A DNA stretch of 64,000 nucleotides from Psammoneis japonica (Eukaryota): positions 634,289-698,288 of the forward strand of contig QPGO01000014.1 of the NCBI GenBank assembly GCA_008632985.1, in the 5' to 3' direction. The position numbers were made by a program, and so were the translations under genes. Below the pieces are notes generated by a model, which had not been told where the DNA came from, searched no databases, and saw only the letters and a list, made by a program, of their open reading frames with translations. Shown piece after piece: positions 1-13,799 of the stretch; within the stretch, counting starts at the first letter, position 1; every line of letters begins with the position of its first letter.

Positions 1-2620
1 GAGTTCTCTTGATGGACTGCTCACATGGTCTCCCAAACTCTGCATGGATGGTGTCATGGTTGGCCCTGGAACAAATCCCTCCAAATCAAAGGTTGACCTG
101 ATGCCCTGCCTGGACAAGAGCAAAACTGGTTCCATTGTCAAGTTTTGCCCTCAGAGACATCCTCCCACCAATGAAAGCCATCTTCTTCTAAAACGTGATG
201 TGCAAAATGCAGCAGCCGGTGAGTGTTGCAAGTTGGTGACAGACCAAGGTCGCGACATTTTTGAGTGCTGTCGTCACAAAGTTTGCAAGCCAAAGCACTC
301 CAAATCCAAGCCATTGAAGAATGAAAAAGAGTTTGGGAATGAACTCTTTCCAAACCACCAAACGTCAGGCAATTTGCATCGTCAGTCAATGCACAACAAC
401 AAGAAGCTCAACCAAGGTCGCCCCGCACAGAGCAACGGCAGGTGCACCACAACAACTCTGCCCATTCACAAAGCGCACTGGTGTTGATTTCACTTCACAA
501 TCAAGTTCCACAATTTTGGCAATCTGGAAGACGGGTGCTTCCACCTGTTGTGCTGTTGTGGCATCCACACTTGTCACACGCACCCACGCAGTGCGCAGTG
601 GTGATCATGTGACGCGGTCTCTGTCTCAGTTGTTGGAAGAGACGAAGATGCCAGTTAAGATGGGTGGCATGGCATCCACAGGATCTGGAGTTGTTTGTTG
701 TTTGATGCATCACATGACCAATGAAACAGTCACCCAATCTCAGGTCCAGCGCCTTCAGTCGAGATTGCAGTCTTCTGTCTCTGCCAGCAAGTCATCCTCC
801 TCTGACAAGTTGCCAAGGCATTTGCGTGACAGGCGTCAATTGCTGTCCTTCACAGCCTTGCATCACTTGGTTGATTCTCAGTTTGTGAAGCATTGCAAGG
901 GCCATCCTCCAAAGGGCGGCTGCCATCCCATCTCAGAGATCAGAAAGGATCTCACTGTGAATGTGGAACCCATCATCAATGACTGTGATGCTGACTGCTG
1001 CATTCCTCCTTTGGCCAGCTGGTCTCCTGGTGATGATTGTGATGATGATGACAACTGCATTCCTGCCTTGACCAGCCAGTCCTCTGGTGAAGATTGTGAT
1101 GACAACAGAAATGATGATGCGGAAAACAATCTCCACATGCAAGGCTTCATTGAGTCAGATGTTGCAACCGGCCAAAATCCAAGGTGGTGCATTTTGGTCC
1201 ATTTCAGCCGGGAGCAACAAAGTGTGGTGTTGTGAACCAAGAGACTTCTCAAGCAAAGCCCAGCCAGTGATTGCTCCTCATCACCGCTTGGTGCTTTGAC
1301 TGTGAATGGCGTGAGTTCCTGAGGAATCTGGACATTGTCACTGTTGACGCCACACAGTTGGGTAAAGCCAGGCTGTGACACAAAATTGCAATGTCAAGTT
1401 TCCAAGCATCTGTTTTTTCTCCTTTTTAAAAACTGGAAGTGCTTGCAGCGTTGGGCAAGGCTGCAGCACAGAAAGTTCACGATTGGGTCATCAATCACAT
1501 CAAGCCATGCAAGAACAATTGTCTCTTTCATTTGCATGGTTGTGTGAGGCACCGTGACGAGTGCGCTGGGACTCCCAGCGAAGGCATGAACAAAGCTGTC
1601 AAGAAAAGCGGTGCAGCATCAAGACCCAACATGAACCTTGACACCTCAGCTCAAGCCATGGAGAATCAATCGCAAATGAAGAAATGCGAAACCAAAAGGA
1701 AGAGAGCACAGGACTTGCACACATCAAATTTATGGGCAAAGACTGGCCTTGAAGGCAAGGTCATGAACCTCATGAAGCAACTCATAAAAACACAAGTCCT
1801 GCAGTTTGTCAACTGCCACATTGCCAGGATGGGTCCCTTGGAGTGGTTGTTTCTTTGCAAAGAGGAGGGTGGTGATGCAAGTTCACCCAGGAAATGTGAT
1901 GTTCTTCCATGTTTCCATCATTTACGTCATGTGACCAAGACACCTGATGGTTGTCTCCTTTGTGATTGTGGATGTCATCATCACTGCGGCATTCTGTGTT
2001 GACACACCATTGCCACATCTGGTGCTCCTTTGCTGTGTGGCATGTCTGTCAGGTGGCAAAAAGGATGCCAGCACTTGGCTCATGAGGATGGGCATGAAGG
2101 CATCACTGATCTGTTCAAAAGATGCATGGACAGCGAGACCTCCATGCAAGGTCATGTCAACAACACCCTGCCATCACAATGTCCTCAGTTGAACGTCCTC
2201 TGTCATGAGGATGGTTTGACTTTGGAGTCATTCAATGAAGCAAAGAAGTTGCCTGTTCCTTTGTGCTTCAATTGTCCCACATCTGCACATGACAAAGAGC
2301 CATCCAGCAATGAAGAGGGCATGATCATGACTCAGGAAACATTGACTCAAGATTGGGTGGAAAACATCAAAGTTGGAGACTCCACTCTCATGCTTGACAC
2401 GCATTGCTGTGACCTCAAGAACCTGGCAAATGGGAAACCAGAGCTGTGCTCCATTGCACAGAACACCACAATTGAAACGATTGGTGCCTGCAAACGTAAA
2501 ATCATCGAATTGGACCCCACTCACTTGTCTGCCATGCAGAACTCAGAAACAGCATCATCTGTGGTGGGAGTGTTAACTCATCAACAATCGAAGCGACACA
2601 AAACCCGCAGTTGGAGGCAA
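1..2620 (+). pseudogene. Decayed Mutator-like (MULE) transposase with SWIM zinc finger; 5' part may lie outside the window
   Basis: Fragmented ORFs (44-487, 321-1235, 1439-2002, 2030-2830). At 1961-2005 it reads CDCGCHHHCGILC*H, matching SWIM CxC-x(n)-CxH with a probable CGA->TGA stop. The upstream fragment EGMNKAVK resembles the ExxN motif after the MULE DDE core. Strongly TpA/CpG depleted. Confidence 0.6.
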
Positions 2621-2699
2621 CAGCCAATCACACATCTAAATCACTTTTACAAAACCAGTGCTTTGTTTTCCGTTGCCACAAACCACAGAGACAACCAAT

Positions 2700-4260
2700 C
2701 ATTCACCTGCTCCACCGCCAACCGGCAATGGTTGTGGAACCAGGAGTTCTTTTTCAGCATCCGCAAACACAGAATGCAACGAAGCATTCATGGCCACATC
2801 CGCAGACACGTTCAACATGACCAGATTTGAGTCCGGTTCATCCACTGGAGTGAACAAGCCACTCAACACATGCCCCAGAATCTTGTCCTGATGTGCACTC
2901 AGCATCTTTTTCAAATTGGCCAGGTCCATGTGTGCACCAAAGCAAGGGATGCAGCACAGAATTGGACCCCGAATGGTGACATCACATTCATTGGTCCACA
3001 CACGATGCTTGGCAATGCTGCCCTTCGTCACCAAAGAAACAAGAGGATTGGTGCAAAGCAGAGGTCAAAGAAATGTCCATCGGTTGATGATGACTGACTC
3101 TGACAGATCTTGCATGTCAACTTCTCAACATGTTGCAGTGATGCTTCCACCCCAGTCCTGGCATGAATTGCCACCTTCAAATGCTTCAGCATCTGCCGCA
3201 TCAAAATGGAGGCAGGAACCTTGCATTTGTCACACAGCCATTGGATTGGTTTGGACTTGTCAACGTCAACCCATGTTGAGCAGTGCATGGGAAAGGTGCC
3301 AACAGGGATGTGAGAAACAAGGAGGTGCACAACTCCAAGATCACCAACTTGATCAAACTCCTGTGCCACAGCATGAACTGACATTGTGTGAGCCTCTTTC
3401 TTGGATGCAGCTGACTTGGAGACTTGGTTGTTGGCGGGACAATGCAAGGATGTTGCCAACAAGTGCATGAACAAAGAACAACATTCAGACCATTTTGGGA
3501 TCTTTGGTTTCTTGTGCTGGTTGCACCAACGTGGTGCCAAAGGCAATCCAGTGCTCCGCATTTCTTGTCAATGGCGTCCATCAAATGCAGGATGAGACAG
3601 CCAAGCAAAAAACCATGATGGCGAGCCTTCTTTAACTTCGGTTCCTGTGGCATGCAGTGGATGGCTGCACAGAAATGGTGATTTGCATTGGGAAAGCATC
3701 CCGCCAATTGCATGAGTGAAATTTCCTCGGGGTGGGTTAAGTTCAGTTTTTTGTCAAGCTTCAACATGTGAAAGGTGGCAGATGCAGTGTGGCCATTTGG
3801 ATCAAAATTGCATGGCACCTTGGTGCAATCAAAGCCAGGGATGCAATCCACAGCAACTCCCTGGGCAAGGGTCTTGTGATCCAGGTGACGGCAGAACTCG
3901 TTGGACTCAAAACACTTCTCACACACATGGTCAACATGTTGCTCATGTTGGTGCACCTTGGAGTCGGCTGAGAAGAGGCTTCAGTGACCAAAACCCAAAC
4001 AAACAAGATGCTTCTGCTTGCCACTGAGCACCACTGGTCCAGACAGAGACACAGTCAATGCATGACAAAGCTGGGACGGATTAAAGAAGTCCAGATTGTG
4101 CTTGTTGGTGTGTGTTGGAAGGGGATCATCTTCATTGGTGATGCCAAAGTGACCAGCAGAAAAGATGCCACCAGGAAACAATTCTCTTGCATGAGAGACC
4201 ATTGGATGGGATGTGTCTTCATGGGAAAATGCGGACCACATGCATGTGGGACATTTCAAT
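2700..4260 (-). pseudogene. Second decayed ORF of the same element, possibly a Ulp1/C48-like protease
   Basis: Overlapping minus-strand fragments (3981-4259, 3201-3956, 3028-3561, 2699-3034) convergent with the MULE ORF. Only faint motif resemblance (NHHF..., Q..G.N...CG). MULEs are known to carry Ulp1-like genes. Confidence 0.2.
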
Positions 4261-4302
4261 CACAATGGCTTTCCATTGGTCATCTTTCAACGCATGCTCA
4301 CA

Positions 4303-4437
4303 AAAATGGGGAAAGCAAAAATGGGAAAAGCAAAAACAGGGAAAGTTCAAACTTTTCCCAGAAATTCAGGAAAAGCAAAAATGGGGAAAGTAAATTGGGG
4401 AGAAAGTCCAAACTTTCCCCAGAAATCTGGGGAAAGT
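4303..4437. repeat. Cluster of short AAAATGGGGAAAG-like repeats, probably transposon subterminal motifs
   Basis: aaaatggggaaag, aaaatgggaaaag, aaaacagggaaag and related copies in 4303-4437. The motif recurs at ~14200-14240 on the far side of the Ngaro insertion. Confidence 0.6.
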
Positions 4438-4673
4438 CTGTCTGTGTGCAGCATGCAAATCTGCCAAAAAAGAGGAAAGCATGTTTTTGCATGCAAATCC
4501 AATGAAATTTTAAAATTCACATGTCAAAAAGTGGAGAGCCACAGTCCAGCTGGTGCACGCAATGATGCACATGGCTTCAAAGCACGGGTGGTGCTTCTCA
4601 ATGCCATTTCGAAATGTCACAAGAGAGCAGCACAGTTCTTGATCCGTGTGTTGAAGGCTTGTTGATGAGACCA

Positions 4674-5140
4674 GATTTGATTGGGTGTGCCGAGTTCAGC
4701 AAAAACTCTGGAACTTGAGAGATCTGGCCAAGAACCACTGAGAAGTGACATGGTCTAAAGATGCTCAGGAGTCTCACAGGGTGAAGCTCCAGGCAAGAGC
4801 TTTGCAAGCTTTGCCCCGCACAAGGGGGGGTTGGGCAGGACCTGAAACCCTCTGCAGGGTCCTGTGCAAAACACACAGGGGCTAGTGGAATGGGACCTTC
4901 AAGCCTCACTTTGGATGTTTCTGGTGGCAAGGTTGAAGAAGGGCCACCTGCGGCATTGCATGATGCAGGTGCACCCAGGTTCGGCAACAGTTCAACCACT
5001 GGATCCACCACCAACACCTGTTGCAGCACCCTCAACACCAGGCTGCAGGTGAGACCAATGGCAAAGCAAGCAGGTCCATTCCTTGTCCCTTGTTTGATGG
5101 CTCCCATGGCCGGTCAAGTGGGGTGGAGCACTGAAATCCC
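4674..5140 (-). repeat. Split direct repeat B2
   Basis: gatttgattgggtgtgccgagttcagcaaaa...ggtcaagtggggtggagcactgaaatcccc aligns along its length to 5414-5935. Confidence 0.9.
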
Positions 5141-5149
5141 CGGGCATTG

Positions 5150-5413
5150 TGGGTGGGAAACAAAAAGAAGACACTTCTCCAAAGTGCATCATGCATGTGA
5201 TCTAGTTACAATGATCAGGATCCCTGTCTCAACAATGCTGCAAAAGTGAGAAGATGTAAAACCAAAAGTTTGTCAAGTCATGATCAGAAAAGACTGTGAC
5301 TGGACATCTTGGCCTGGAGGCACCCTCCTCCAGAAAGATCTGGTTCAATGCCCCAAGGGGCACTGGGCCCTTGGTGACACTTGGCATCTCCATCTCAACT
5401 TGGGCATGAAGAG
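5150..5413 (-). repeat. Split direct repeat A2
   Basis: aaaagtgagaagatgtaaaaccaaaagtttgtcaa...ccagaaagatctggttcaatgccccaaggggcactgggcccttgg...gaagag matches 13800-14063. Confidence 0.9.
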
Positions 5414-5935
5414 GATTCGATTGGGCATGCCAAGTTCAGCAAAACCCTGGAACTTGAGAGATGTGGCCAAGAACCACTGAGAAGTGACACAGTCTAAAGA
5501 CACTTGGGAGTCTCATGTGGGGCAAAGCTCCCGGGAAGAGCTTCACCCCACACAAGGGGGGTTGGACAGGACCCAAAACCCTCCACAGGGTCCTGTGCAA
5601 AACAACACAGGGGCTTGTGGAATGGGACCTTCAAGCCTCACTTTGGATGTTTCCAGTGGTGAGGCCAAAGAGGGGCCACCTGCAGCATTGCATGATGCAG
5701 GCATCCCGTTTCTGGTGGCAAGGTTGAAGAGGGGCCACCTGCGGCATTGCGTGATGCAGGCACCCCACTTTGGCAACAGCTTGATTGCTGGATCTGCCAC
5801 CAACACCTGTTGCAGCACCCTTGACACTGGGCTGCAGGTGAGACCAACAGTGAAGCAAGTGGGTCCATTCCTTGTCCCTTGCTTGACGGCTCCCATGGTT
5901 GGTCAAGTGAGGTGGTAGAGCAATGAAATCCCCCT
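5414..5935 (-). repeat. Split direct repeat B1, with an internal ~57 bp tandem duplication absent from B2
   Basis: Aligns to 4674-5140. The unit gaggggccacctgc.gcattgc.tgatgcaggca occurs twice (~5670 and ~5729). Confidence 0.9.
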
Positions 5936-6020
5936 GGTGAGACTCCCAGGTGGTGGCCACCAAACATCAAACAGACGGGGCTGTCCTGCCAAGATTTAAC
6001 AAAACCATGAGCAACTGCCA

Positions 6021-7600
6021 TCACATGGCCTTGGTGTGCTGAAGGAAGGATGGCAGCAACAGAGAAATGTCCGCAAGGTGCTGTTGCATCTTGAGGGTGG
6101 GTCTGGCTCCTCCAGCTTGCTCCTTTCTCTTCCAACAGTTTGTGACATCAATGTTGTCTTCAGGGACCTTCTGTGCAATTGCTTGCCAGTCTGAGCTGTG
6201 TCTGAACAAACAGTTGACATTGCACTTGTCTTTGACATCATCATGGGAAAGGATGTTGGCCCCAAAAGTGAAGGGCAGTCATCAAAGATTTCTGACAGCA
6301 CCTGATGGAGTAGAGATTTTAACACTTGAGCAGTCCGGCATCAGAAATTGCTGGTCCTCATGAGTGCCCCACTGAAGCTTGTAGCAAGATCACAGCATAA
6401 ATTCACTGGCACAGATTGACACCCAAGTCAGTGACATTGACACAGGGCAACAAGTGCTGCCGGCCACTCCCTGTGCTCTCCCTTCACTCTCCCCAAGAGT
6501 GGAGCTGTGGCATGTGAGGTGTGTCTTGGACAGTGGTCAGTCATCGCCCCAAGGTTGATCAGGACCCCCTCTGGCCCCCAAGGGACGGGGCGTGACTTGC
6601 TGCAAAGTGAAGACCCCCAGATGAAAACAGAAACCTGTCCTCATGCGCAGTCACTCTTCCAATCTTTTCCTCTCCACTCCATGAAGAAGATGCTGCATGG
6701 CTTGTTCCAACACCGCTCTGTCCAGCCTTCAGTCCTGACCCATTTGCCACTTGCATCCCATCATGAACCATTGGAACCACAGTGAGGCACACAGGCCATT
6801 GCACCAGTGCAGGCGCTGCTTTCCCTTGAGATCCACCAGGGCCAGGGCCCTGGAGTCAGTGGACATGGAAGCCCAAACCTGGTTTGAGCAGGCTGTTCAA
6901 AGCTTCGGGATGGTGTCAAATTGGGTGTGCTGGTTGGAATGGTGCCCCGGCATTGTTGATGCCAGAACAATCTGCATTGCCACCTTGCACCCACAGTGGT
7001 TGCAAGCAGGGAGAGGGCCGGGTTCTAAGTGCAGTCCTGGCAAGCCCAGACACTCTGACAATGCCAGACCTTGGGTGACCTTCGAGGCATTGCTCTTGAC
7101 AGTCAAAGTCTCCCTGCTCCAAAAGGAGTCCAGCACCACCCAACAGATGCACGCTTGATCCACTTTGTTGCGTGGAGACCCAGGGAGAGGCTCCCCATGG
7201 TGGAGCTTGTGGAACATGAGAAGTCACACTGAAAGACACCACAAGGTGGTCCCCCATCCTGGTGCACAGAAACTTGTCCTCATCTTGTGGCTTTTGATGC
7301 CACTTGTTGTCCTCCAGCCATGCCGCATCTTTGAGGCCTGTGCTCTCATCATTGCTTGGTTGGTCGTCTGCCATTGTGCCCCCCAGACAGAACGTTGCGC
7401 TTGGACTTGAAACACAGCACCCGGGACACCACACTTTGTGACACATGGGCCAACCCCCAACACTGTGCACAAAATTTGCACAGAAGATCCCTTTTGTCCA
7501 CGTGAGGGTCTTCCCACACTCAGTGCAATGCCCTGTCCATTGCGTGCATCTTGGGAGCACCTCAAAGCTGCCAAGGACTGTGTGAGATGAAAGGAAAAAC
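6021..7600 (-). pseudogene. Tyrosine recombinase of the Ngaro element
   Basis: C-terminal fragment FRHSSDWQA...DNIDVTNCWKRKE.AGGARPTLKMQQH.ADISLLLP resembles the (R)SFRRG...NRW...M.xHY end of DIRS-order YRs. Cys-rich N-terminus (CANF...CHKVWCPGC). Position downstream of RNase H fits. Confidence 0.65.
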
Positions 7601-7779
7601 AATGCCAATGAGAAGAGGCTCAAACATGTTGTCTGGCTAGAAGAGCCACCTTGTGCAGTTGTTTTTGAGAACCCACCCAAAACTTGGGAGTTTCCACAGC
7701 TTCACAATCCAGGTGCTCCCATCCGGCAATGTCGTGACCTTTCTGGAACCAATCCATTGGGTGCAACAGTTCCAGGATG

Positions 7780-10700
7780 GGAGACAAATGGGGCCTGGGC
7801 GATGGCCCCAAGGTGGAGCGGAACGAACGCGCAAGCATCTTGGCTCTGCTCATGACACCCTCAGACAGGACACTGCGTGACCCTCCGTCAGTGCCTTTTG
7901 CAATCATGCGGCACCCTGACACATGGACCAATGAGAAGAGAAACCCATGCTTTGCTTCAAGGACCCTGAGACCTGAGACGGATGACTTGTTTGAGCAGCT
8001 TGGGGCCAGATGAGGTGCCCTCATAGATGGTGGCCTCTGACACTGAATTGTCTGTGAAGAAATAAAAAACCGCACCACAGAGCTCTCCAGCCTCTCCCAG
8101 CTCTTGGATTGCATCCACAATGTTGGTGAGCTCTTTCCAGTTGGACGAGTCATCCACATCATCTTGTCCCCAGACTCCGATGCAGAAGAGGATGGCACCA
8201 TCCTTGGTCTCTGCCAATGACCCCAAACCCTTTCTGGAGGCATTGGCAAACATGCACAAGACCACAATGATTTTCAACAAGTTAACAACTCTGGCTGCAG
8301 AGTCCCGTGGCTCCAGAATGCAGTTCATTGCTTCCAGGTCCAAGCGAAGTTGAGGGACAGCCCAAACTTCTGAGGGGTGCTTGAGTCCGCAAAGCTCTTC
8401 CACAAGATCACCAGGGTCGACACCTGATTTTTCAGCTTCGTGGTTTGCCCATGCCACATGCTCTTTGCTGGACATGGCCCACCCATCCAACTTTCTGTTT
8501 GGTCTCCACCCATCCAGAGTGAGGTGGATTCCTTTTAGGAAGGGATGGGTCATTGCCATGTGGACCAAGAATCCGCAAACCCGCTCCAGCTCCTTGCAAT
8601 TGGAATGGGAAAGATTGCCATTGGTTTGGTCACCATGCTCTGCTGGGAGAGAGCAAATCACACCCTTGACCTTGTTCCACTTCACCGTGGCAATCAACTG
8701 GGTGTCATCACCATTGATCACCCAAAAAATGCCCCCCGCCCAGGCTCCCTTCTCGAGTTGGGAGGGAGGCCTCGCTTTCCAATTGGCGCTCTGCATTCCA
8801 AAGTGTTGGACTTGAGAGACCATCTGGTGCCCAACCTGCCAGGAATTTTCCTTGCTTGAGCCCATGCCTCTCAAATCATCCATGAAGGTTCTGACCTCTC
8901 CAGCCATGGCTTCGGAGTGAGAATTCCACTTCTTCATGATGAGAGGCTTGGAAAGATCAAAGTTTTTGTCTTCAGGTGGGTCAAGGATGACCTTGTTGAA
9001 TCCCATGGCATTTGAAGCCTGCACAGGGTCACCTTGTGCTATTTTGTTGGCCCAGCAATGCATTCGCACTGCAAGATGTGGGCTTGGTTTCACACCCACA
9101 AACAAGCGAGTCCACTGTTCGAGGCCTGGTTTTGGTCGCGCCAGCCTGGACAGCTGTCGGCTCAGAGCACCCAGATCAATGCCTGCATGTGGTCAGATCT
9201 TGGGGTCCATGAAGAAATTTAAAAACATGTCAGCCAAGTCCAAGTCGATGGAGAAGGTGGCATCGGTCATGCAGTCAAGGACTGAGGAGAAGCAGTCGGC
9301 AAAAAGAATGAGGGGGGCCCAAAGCGCATCGTTGAGCCCTGACAAAGTGCCGTCATAAACCATTTGCATGTCCTTGACAACCTCCACTGGCTTCCCACCT
9401 CTGAGCTCCACCTTCACCATTTTGGGGGCCCAAAAACAGTCTGTGAGACTGGTGGTCACCGGCGCTGGCTGAGTGTGCCCGCGATCCTGGACTTTCTGGA
9501 TTTTCTCTGCCAACCGATCGATTTCATGTGGCGTCCCCTGAATGCGCTGGCATTTCTGATTTGTTGGAAGTGTGCCCTTAAAGAATGTGGGGAGCCCGTC
9601 TCGAGTGGCAATCCGCTGTTCTGCAGTTGGCCACCACCAGAAAAACACAAGGACGAACCCTCGCCCCACTTCCACCATCATGAGCTCTGCAGGACCTGGG
9701 TCAAGACATCCATTCCCTGTGGGGCACACTGAATTGATCTCACACATGGGGTGCAACCTCTGTGGTGAAGTGGGGGGGAAGGGGGGAAAAGTGTAAATCC
9801 GTTTTATGTTGTAAAACACGTGCTTCGCCGTGTAAAAACACACAGTTTGGCTCATCACCCTATATTTTACGTTTATAATCCTACGTAGCAGCGTTTATCA
9901 CGCAATCGTCGGTCTGTCGTCGGTCTTTGTTGATCGCGGATCAAAAGCTGCAGGATTCCGCAAGCCGAACATTCCCTGTCAGTGCGCGCGATTTGAATGC
10001 GTAAACAGCAAAAACTGCTCGACTCGACTGTCGAAAGCACCATGACGACCCAAGCCGCTGCTTGTCACTAGAGGGCGTTTTACAAAACAGGGGTGTTTTA
10101 CACAATTTGTCAATCTGGGGTGAAAGTGGGGTCATGTTGCATCCACCAAAAGAGGAGGTGAAGGCGGTTGGTGATGTGCCCCCCCCCCGTTGATGCTCAT
10201 GAGTGTCCCCATGCAGGACTCTAAGCCCCCCCAGAGAATGGCTCCAGTCTGGGCCATAAGTCTGACTCAAACACCGAACAAGGAGCGAAAGAGTGAGGTG
10301 CCGTTGCTCCACCACCTGAATGCCAGAGTGCGCAATCAATCCAAGAATGGTGAAAGTGCCGCTGTGACGTGGGAAGCCAGGTGGCACCGGTGACAGGTTG
10401 AGAGTCCTCAGGCTTGGCTCAGGCATGCATGCATCACCCTTGGGAGCAGCTGTGCTTGGAGTCCCAGCCAAAACTTCATCCTCCCAGGAGCTTGTGAATT
10501 TGTCCAGAGGCAGGGATAAGATGTTCAATGGGACAAGGGGCCCAAGACCCCCCATGGAAGCCATCAAGCCCTCTGCTTGGGGGTGCGGTGCCACAACAGG
10601 AAATCCAATGCCCCTGGAATTTCCGGTGGCGTGAGTGTGCAAGAAATCCATCCAGTGTGTGACTGACAGGACCTGAAGTGAACCAACCAATCCAAGTGGG

Positions 10701-11270
10701 GTGGGGGTGAAGAAGGAGAGCACTCTCCTTGTGCACCGAAACATCCAAATCCGGACCCGCAGCTGATCTGTCCAACTTGCAATTGATGATGTGACCAATG
10801 GAGTGGCTGAGACCCATGGGAACCAGGATGTGGAGTTCCTTCATCCAAAACATTGCAGTCCATGACAAGGTTGCCCCTCCAACAGCAGTGTGGCAGACAG
10901 ATGCATGTGGGAGATGAGTCAGGCCCCGCAGGGCTCACCAGGTGATGCCGCCCACCGGGACCATGTGCATCTGGTGACCTTGGAGCAGGTTGGATGTTGC
11001 CTCCAGGAATCACAGCAGGCCTGAGGCCAGAATGAGGTCAACAGAACTCACCATGTGCTCTGCACCAGCCCATGGCATTTGCCAGATGGAGGACTCCATG
11101 TGCTGATCAACCAGTTCTGTGACTGGGTCACACCATGAAGGGAAGTCCCCCTTTTCAGCAAACATGAGTGCTCAAGGCCATTCAGTGAGCCGGAGAGAAC
11201 GCAGACAAACTGGGGGGCTGGAAGCAATGATTGAACACAAACCCTGAAAGGAAAACGGTTTTTGCCTGCA
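7780..11270 (-). pseudogene. Reverse transcriptase-RNase H (pol) of the Ngaro element, interrupted by a MITE
   Basis: MVYDGTLSGLNDALWAP, IDLDLADMFLNF, G.KPSP, FMDDLR (RT). FANASRKGLG, SSNWKEL, FTDNSVSE, HVSGCRMIAKGTDGGSR (RNase H). Multiple stops and frameshifts; 5' limit approximate. Confidence 0.85.
9721..10182. mobile_element. ~460 bp MITE-like insertion within pol
   Basis: Termini GGGGCACA...TGTGCCCC form an 8 bp inverted repeat. Flanks ttccctgt / ccccccgt may be a degenerate 8 bp TSD. The interior is non-coding and, unlike its surroundings, keeps TpA and CpG. Confidence 0.6.
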
Positions 11271-11289
11271 AATGACATGCCTCAGGTTG

Positions 11290-13480
11290 CCAGGGCCAAT
11301 GCTGGGTTCTGTCGACCCCCGCACACTTCATTTCTTGGTTTCTAGAGCCTTGAGACGATGCACAACCTCCTTGAGCTCAGTCTTGAGCTTCAAGATCTCC
11401 TGGTGAGCAGCATCCACCAACTTCTGCACCAACTTGGCTTCAGCACTGGCATTCTTGGCCTTGTCAGCAAGTGTCTCAATGGACATCTCTGAAGCTGCGC
11501 AATGGCTTCAAAGCCTGAGTTTGCAGCCAAAAACTTCACATGCTTGGAGGCCATGGACATGTGATCCTCAAATGCATGGGACGTGCATTCAGACATGACA
11601 TCCTGAACATGGAACACTGCCCAGAGGATCTGGCCACAAACCACATCTGGGTCCATTCCTGAAATCAAGGTGAAGACACGGACCTGACCTTGTTGATGTC
11701 ATCAAACATGCGGTGGACTGGCCGAGTGGCCACCAACCAAGCTTGTTTTGCAAAGAACTTGCTGAGCTTGACCAACAAGTCACAAGTCTCATCCATGAAT
11801 TGGACAAGGGCCCAAGCAAACGCAACCAATTTTGACAGTGTCTCACTCACCACTTGACTCTTGAACAAACCGGCAGGGACTTGCTGGTCTGTGTCTTGCA
11901 TGAGGTTAGCCTTGACTGTGGCAATCTGGTCTGTGATGAAGTGCTTGGCACCCGAACTTCCCGATGTCCAATGGTCATGCGTCAGGATCTTGTCCAGAAA
12001 CAAAGGATGGAGCCCTGGTGTTTGGGCCCCTTTTGAGGCCACCGAGTCAAAAATCCATGGCATGCTGTGCTGGCAACTGGCAAGCATCCAAGCGTCCTCT
12101 TCCATCTTGACATTGAGGTCCATTTGCTTTGCAAGGCTGGCCAGGAAATGATGCTGGGCCATGGGTTCAACACCAAGAATCTCGTCAAGAAGCAAATTTA
12201 TGTCCGCCAGACACCCAGATGTGCACAACAAAAAATGCTGCACCATCCATGCCTGACACTCCTTGAAAGACATGACTCCAACCCCGGAGAATTTGACATC
12301 AGACTCACCCGATTTTGACTTGAGTTTGTTTGCCGTCTGGTCCAACCGAACCAGTTGCTGCTCAACCGACAGCATGTCCGTGCTGGTGCTGCAAGCTGCA
12401 GATGGGATGGAACCACCCCCGTTGGATTCAATCCTCCAAACACGGTTGACCAATTGGTTGCACACTCCCAACATTCCTGACTTAAGAGCCAAAAAATCTG
12501 CCTGAGTGAATCTTTCCATCTCTTTCCATCTGCAGATGCAACAATGCCGTTGGCGGTGTTGTGCCACTTCTGCTCTAAACGTGAGAACTCCAATGTCCAA
12601 TCTCTGGATCCTCCAGGTGATCCAAGTTGGGCCTCACTGGAGGTGAGGGCTGCAATGGTCCCCCAAACAGTGGGAGCCACCACACGCTGATCAAATCCCT
12701 TGGGTGGAGCACCTGTCAAAGCCTCAAGTTGGTCCACCTTGTGGCTTGGGATCTATGATGCAGCTTCCGATTCCTTCCTGGCGGAATCCATCCTCGTGCT
12801 GAGCTCCAACATGACTTTTCTTTCATCAGTGAGACCCAACTCAACTGATTGCACCACCCTGATGAGAGCAGAGGGGCTCTTGTTTGCGGCCAGGAACTGC
12901 ACTGGGGTGGAAGTCATCGCCCTTTGGTGGGGGACAAATGCCCCAAAGAGGGCAGGGGGGGGGGGCGAGACTCCTTTTTTCCTTGTGTTGGAGTCTTGCA
13001 GGCCACAGCCTCTGACACTTCTTCAAGGGAGACCCCAATTTTGGACTCAGAGGCATTGGTGTCAGAGTTGCACACCACCAAAAACTTCTGCTGCCAACCA
13101 GTGATTGCATCTTGGCGGGACTCCCACTTGACTTGGGACATCCACCGAAATGAATCTGCCGTCCAGAACCGGCTGACAAAACCTGGCATCTGGCGTCTTG
13201 AGCATGACCACCATCCCATCCGTGCTCAAAGTCTTCTGACCACCCTTGTGCTTGACCATGCAATCTGCCATTTTCTTTGCACAAAAGGTGGCTCCACCTC
13301 TGATGATCCCCAAACAATGAGTGGTGCTGGTCTCTTCCAACCAGGTGACACGACAACAAGGTGCATTGGATGCACCTTTCTCCTCCTTGAATGCACCCCA
13401 GGGTGCTCCGCCATCTCCCATTGCAAAAAAGTCAACGTGTGGTCCCAAGCCCAAATTTTAGTCACATGCATTGTGCCTGT
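11290..13480 (-). pseudogene. gag-like ORF1 of the Ngaro element
   Basis: Minus-strand fragments 13062-13454 (CLGIIRGGATFCAKK..C..KH, a Cys/His knuckle), 12198-12737, 11665-12600 and 11390-11668, lying between A1 and pol. Confidence 0.55.
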
Positions 13481-13799
13481 CCAAAGATCCACCAAAATCC
13501 GGGTCTCGAGAGTTGGAACCTCCTGACTGTGCTCTGACTTGAACCTGAGAGGAGATGGCTTCCCCAAGTTCTGCGCATTCAACAATGTCCAATCTGGGGT
13601 CAATGACTCCTTGGGGGAGATCATGACCACCCAAACCTGAGCCCTCTTGCCTGCTTGAGCCTCTGTGACCCCCCTGGTGTCCCAAGCCAGAGGGAGGGGT
13701 CCGAGATGGGGGTGACAAAGGACAAGCCAACAAGAAAGGCAAAACCACATCCGTCTCAAGTTGACGGGCAAGTTTGACAAACACATTGTTGTTGAGACC

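Noticed and set aside
4674..5935. LTR pair of a Copia/Gypsy element
   Set aside because: Arrangement is A1...B1-A2-B2 with a tyrosine recombinase, and no integrase or TG..CA termini were seen.
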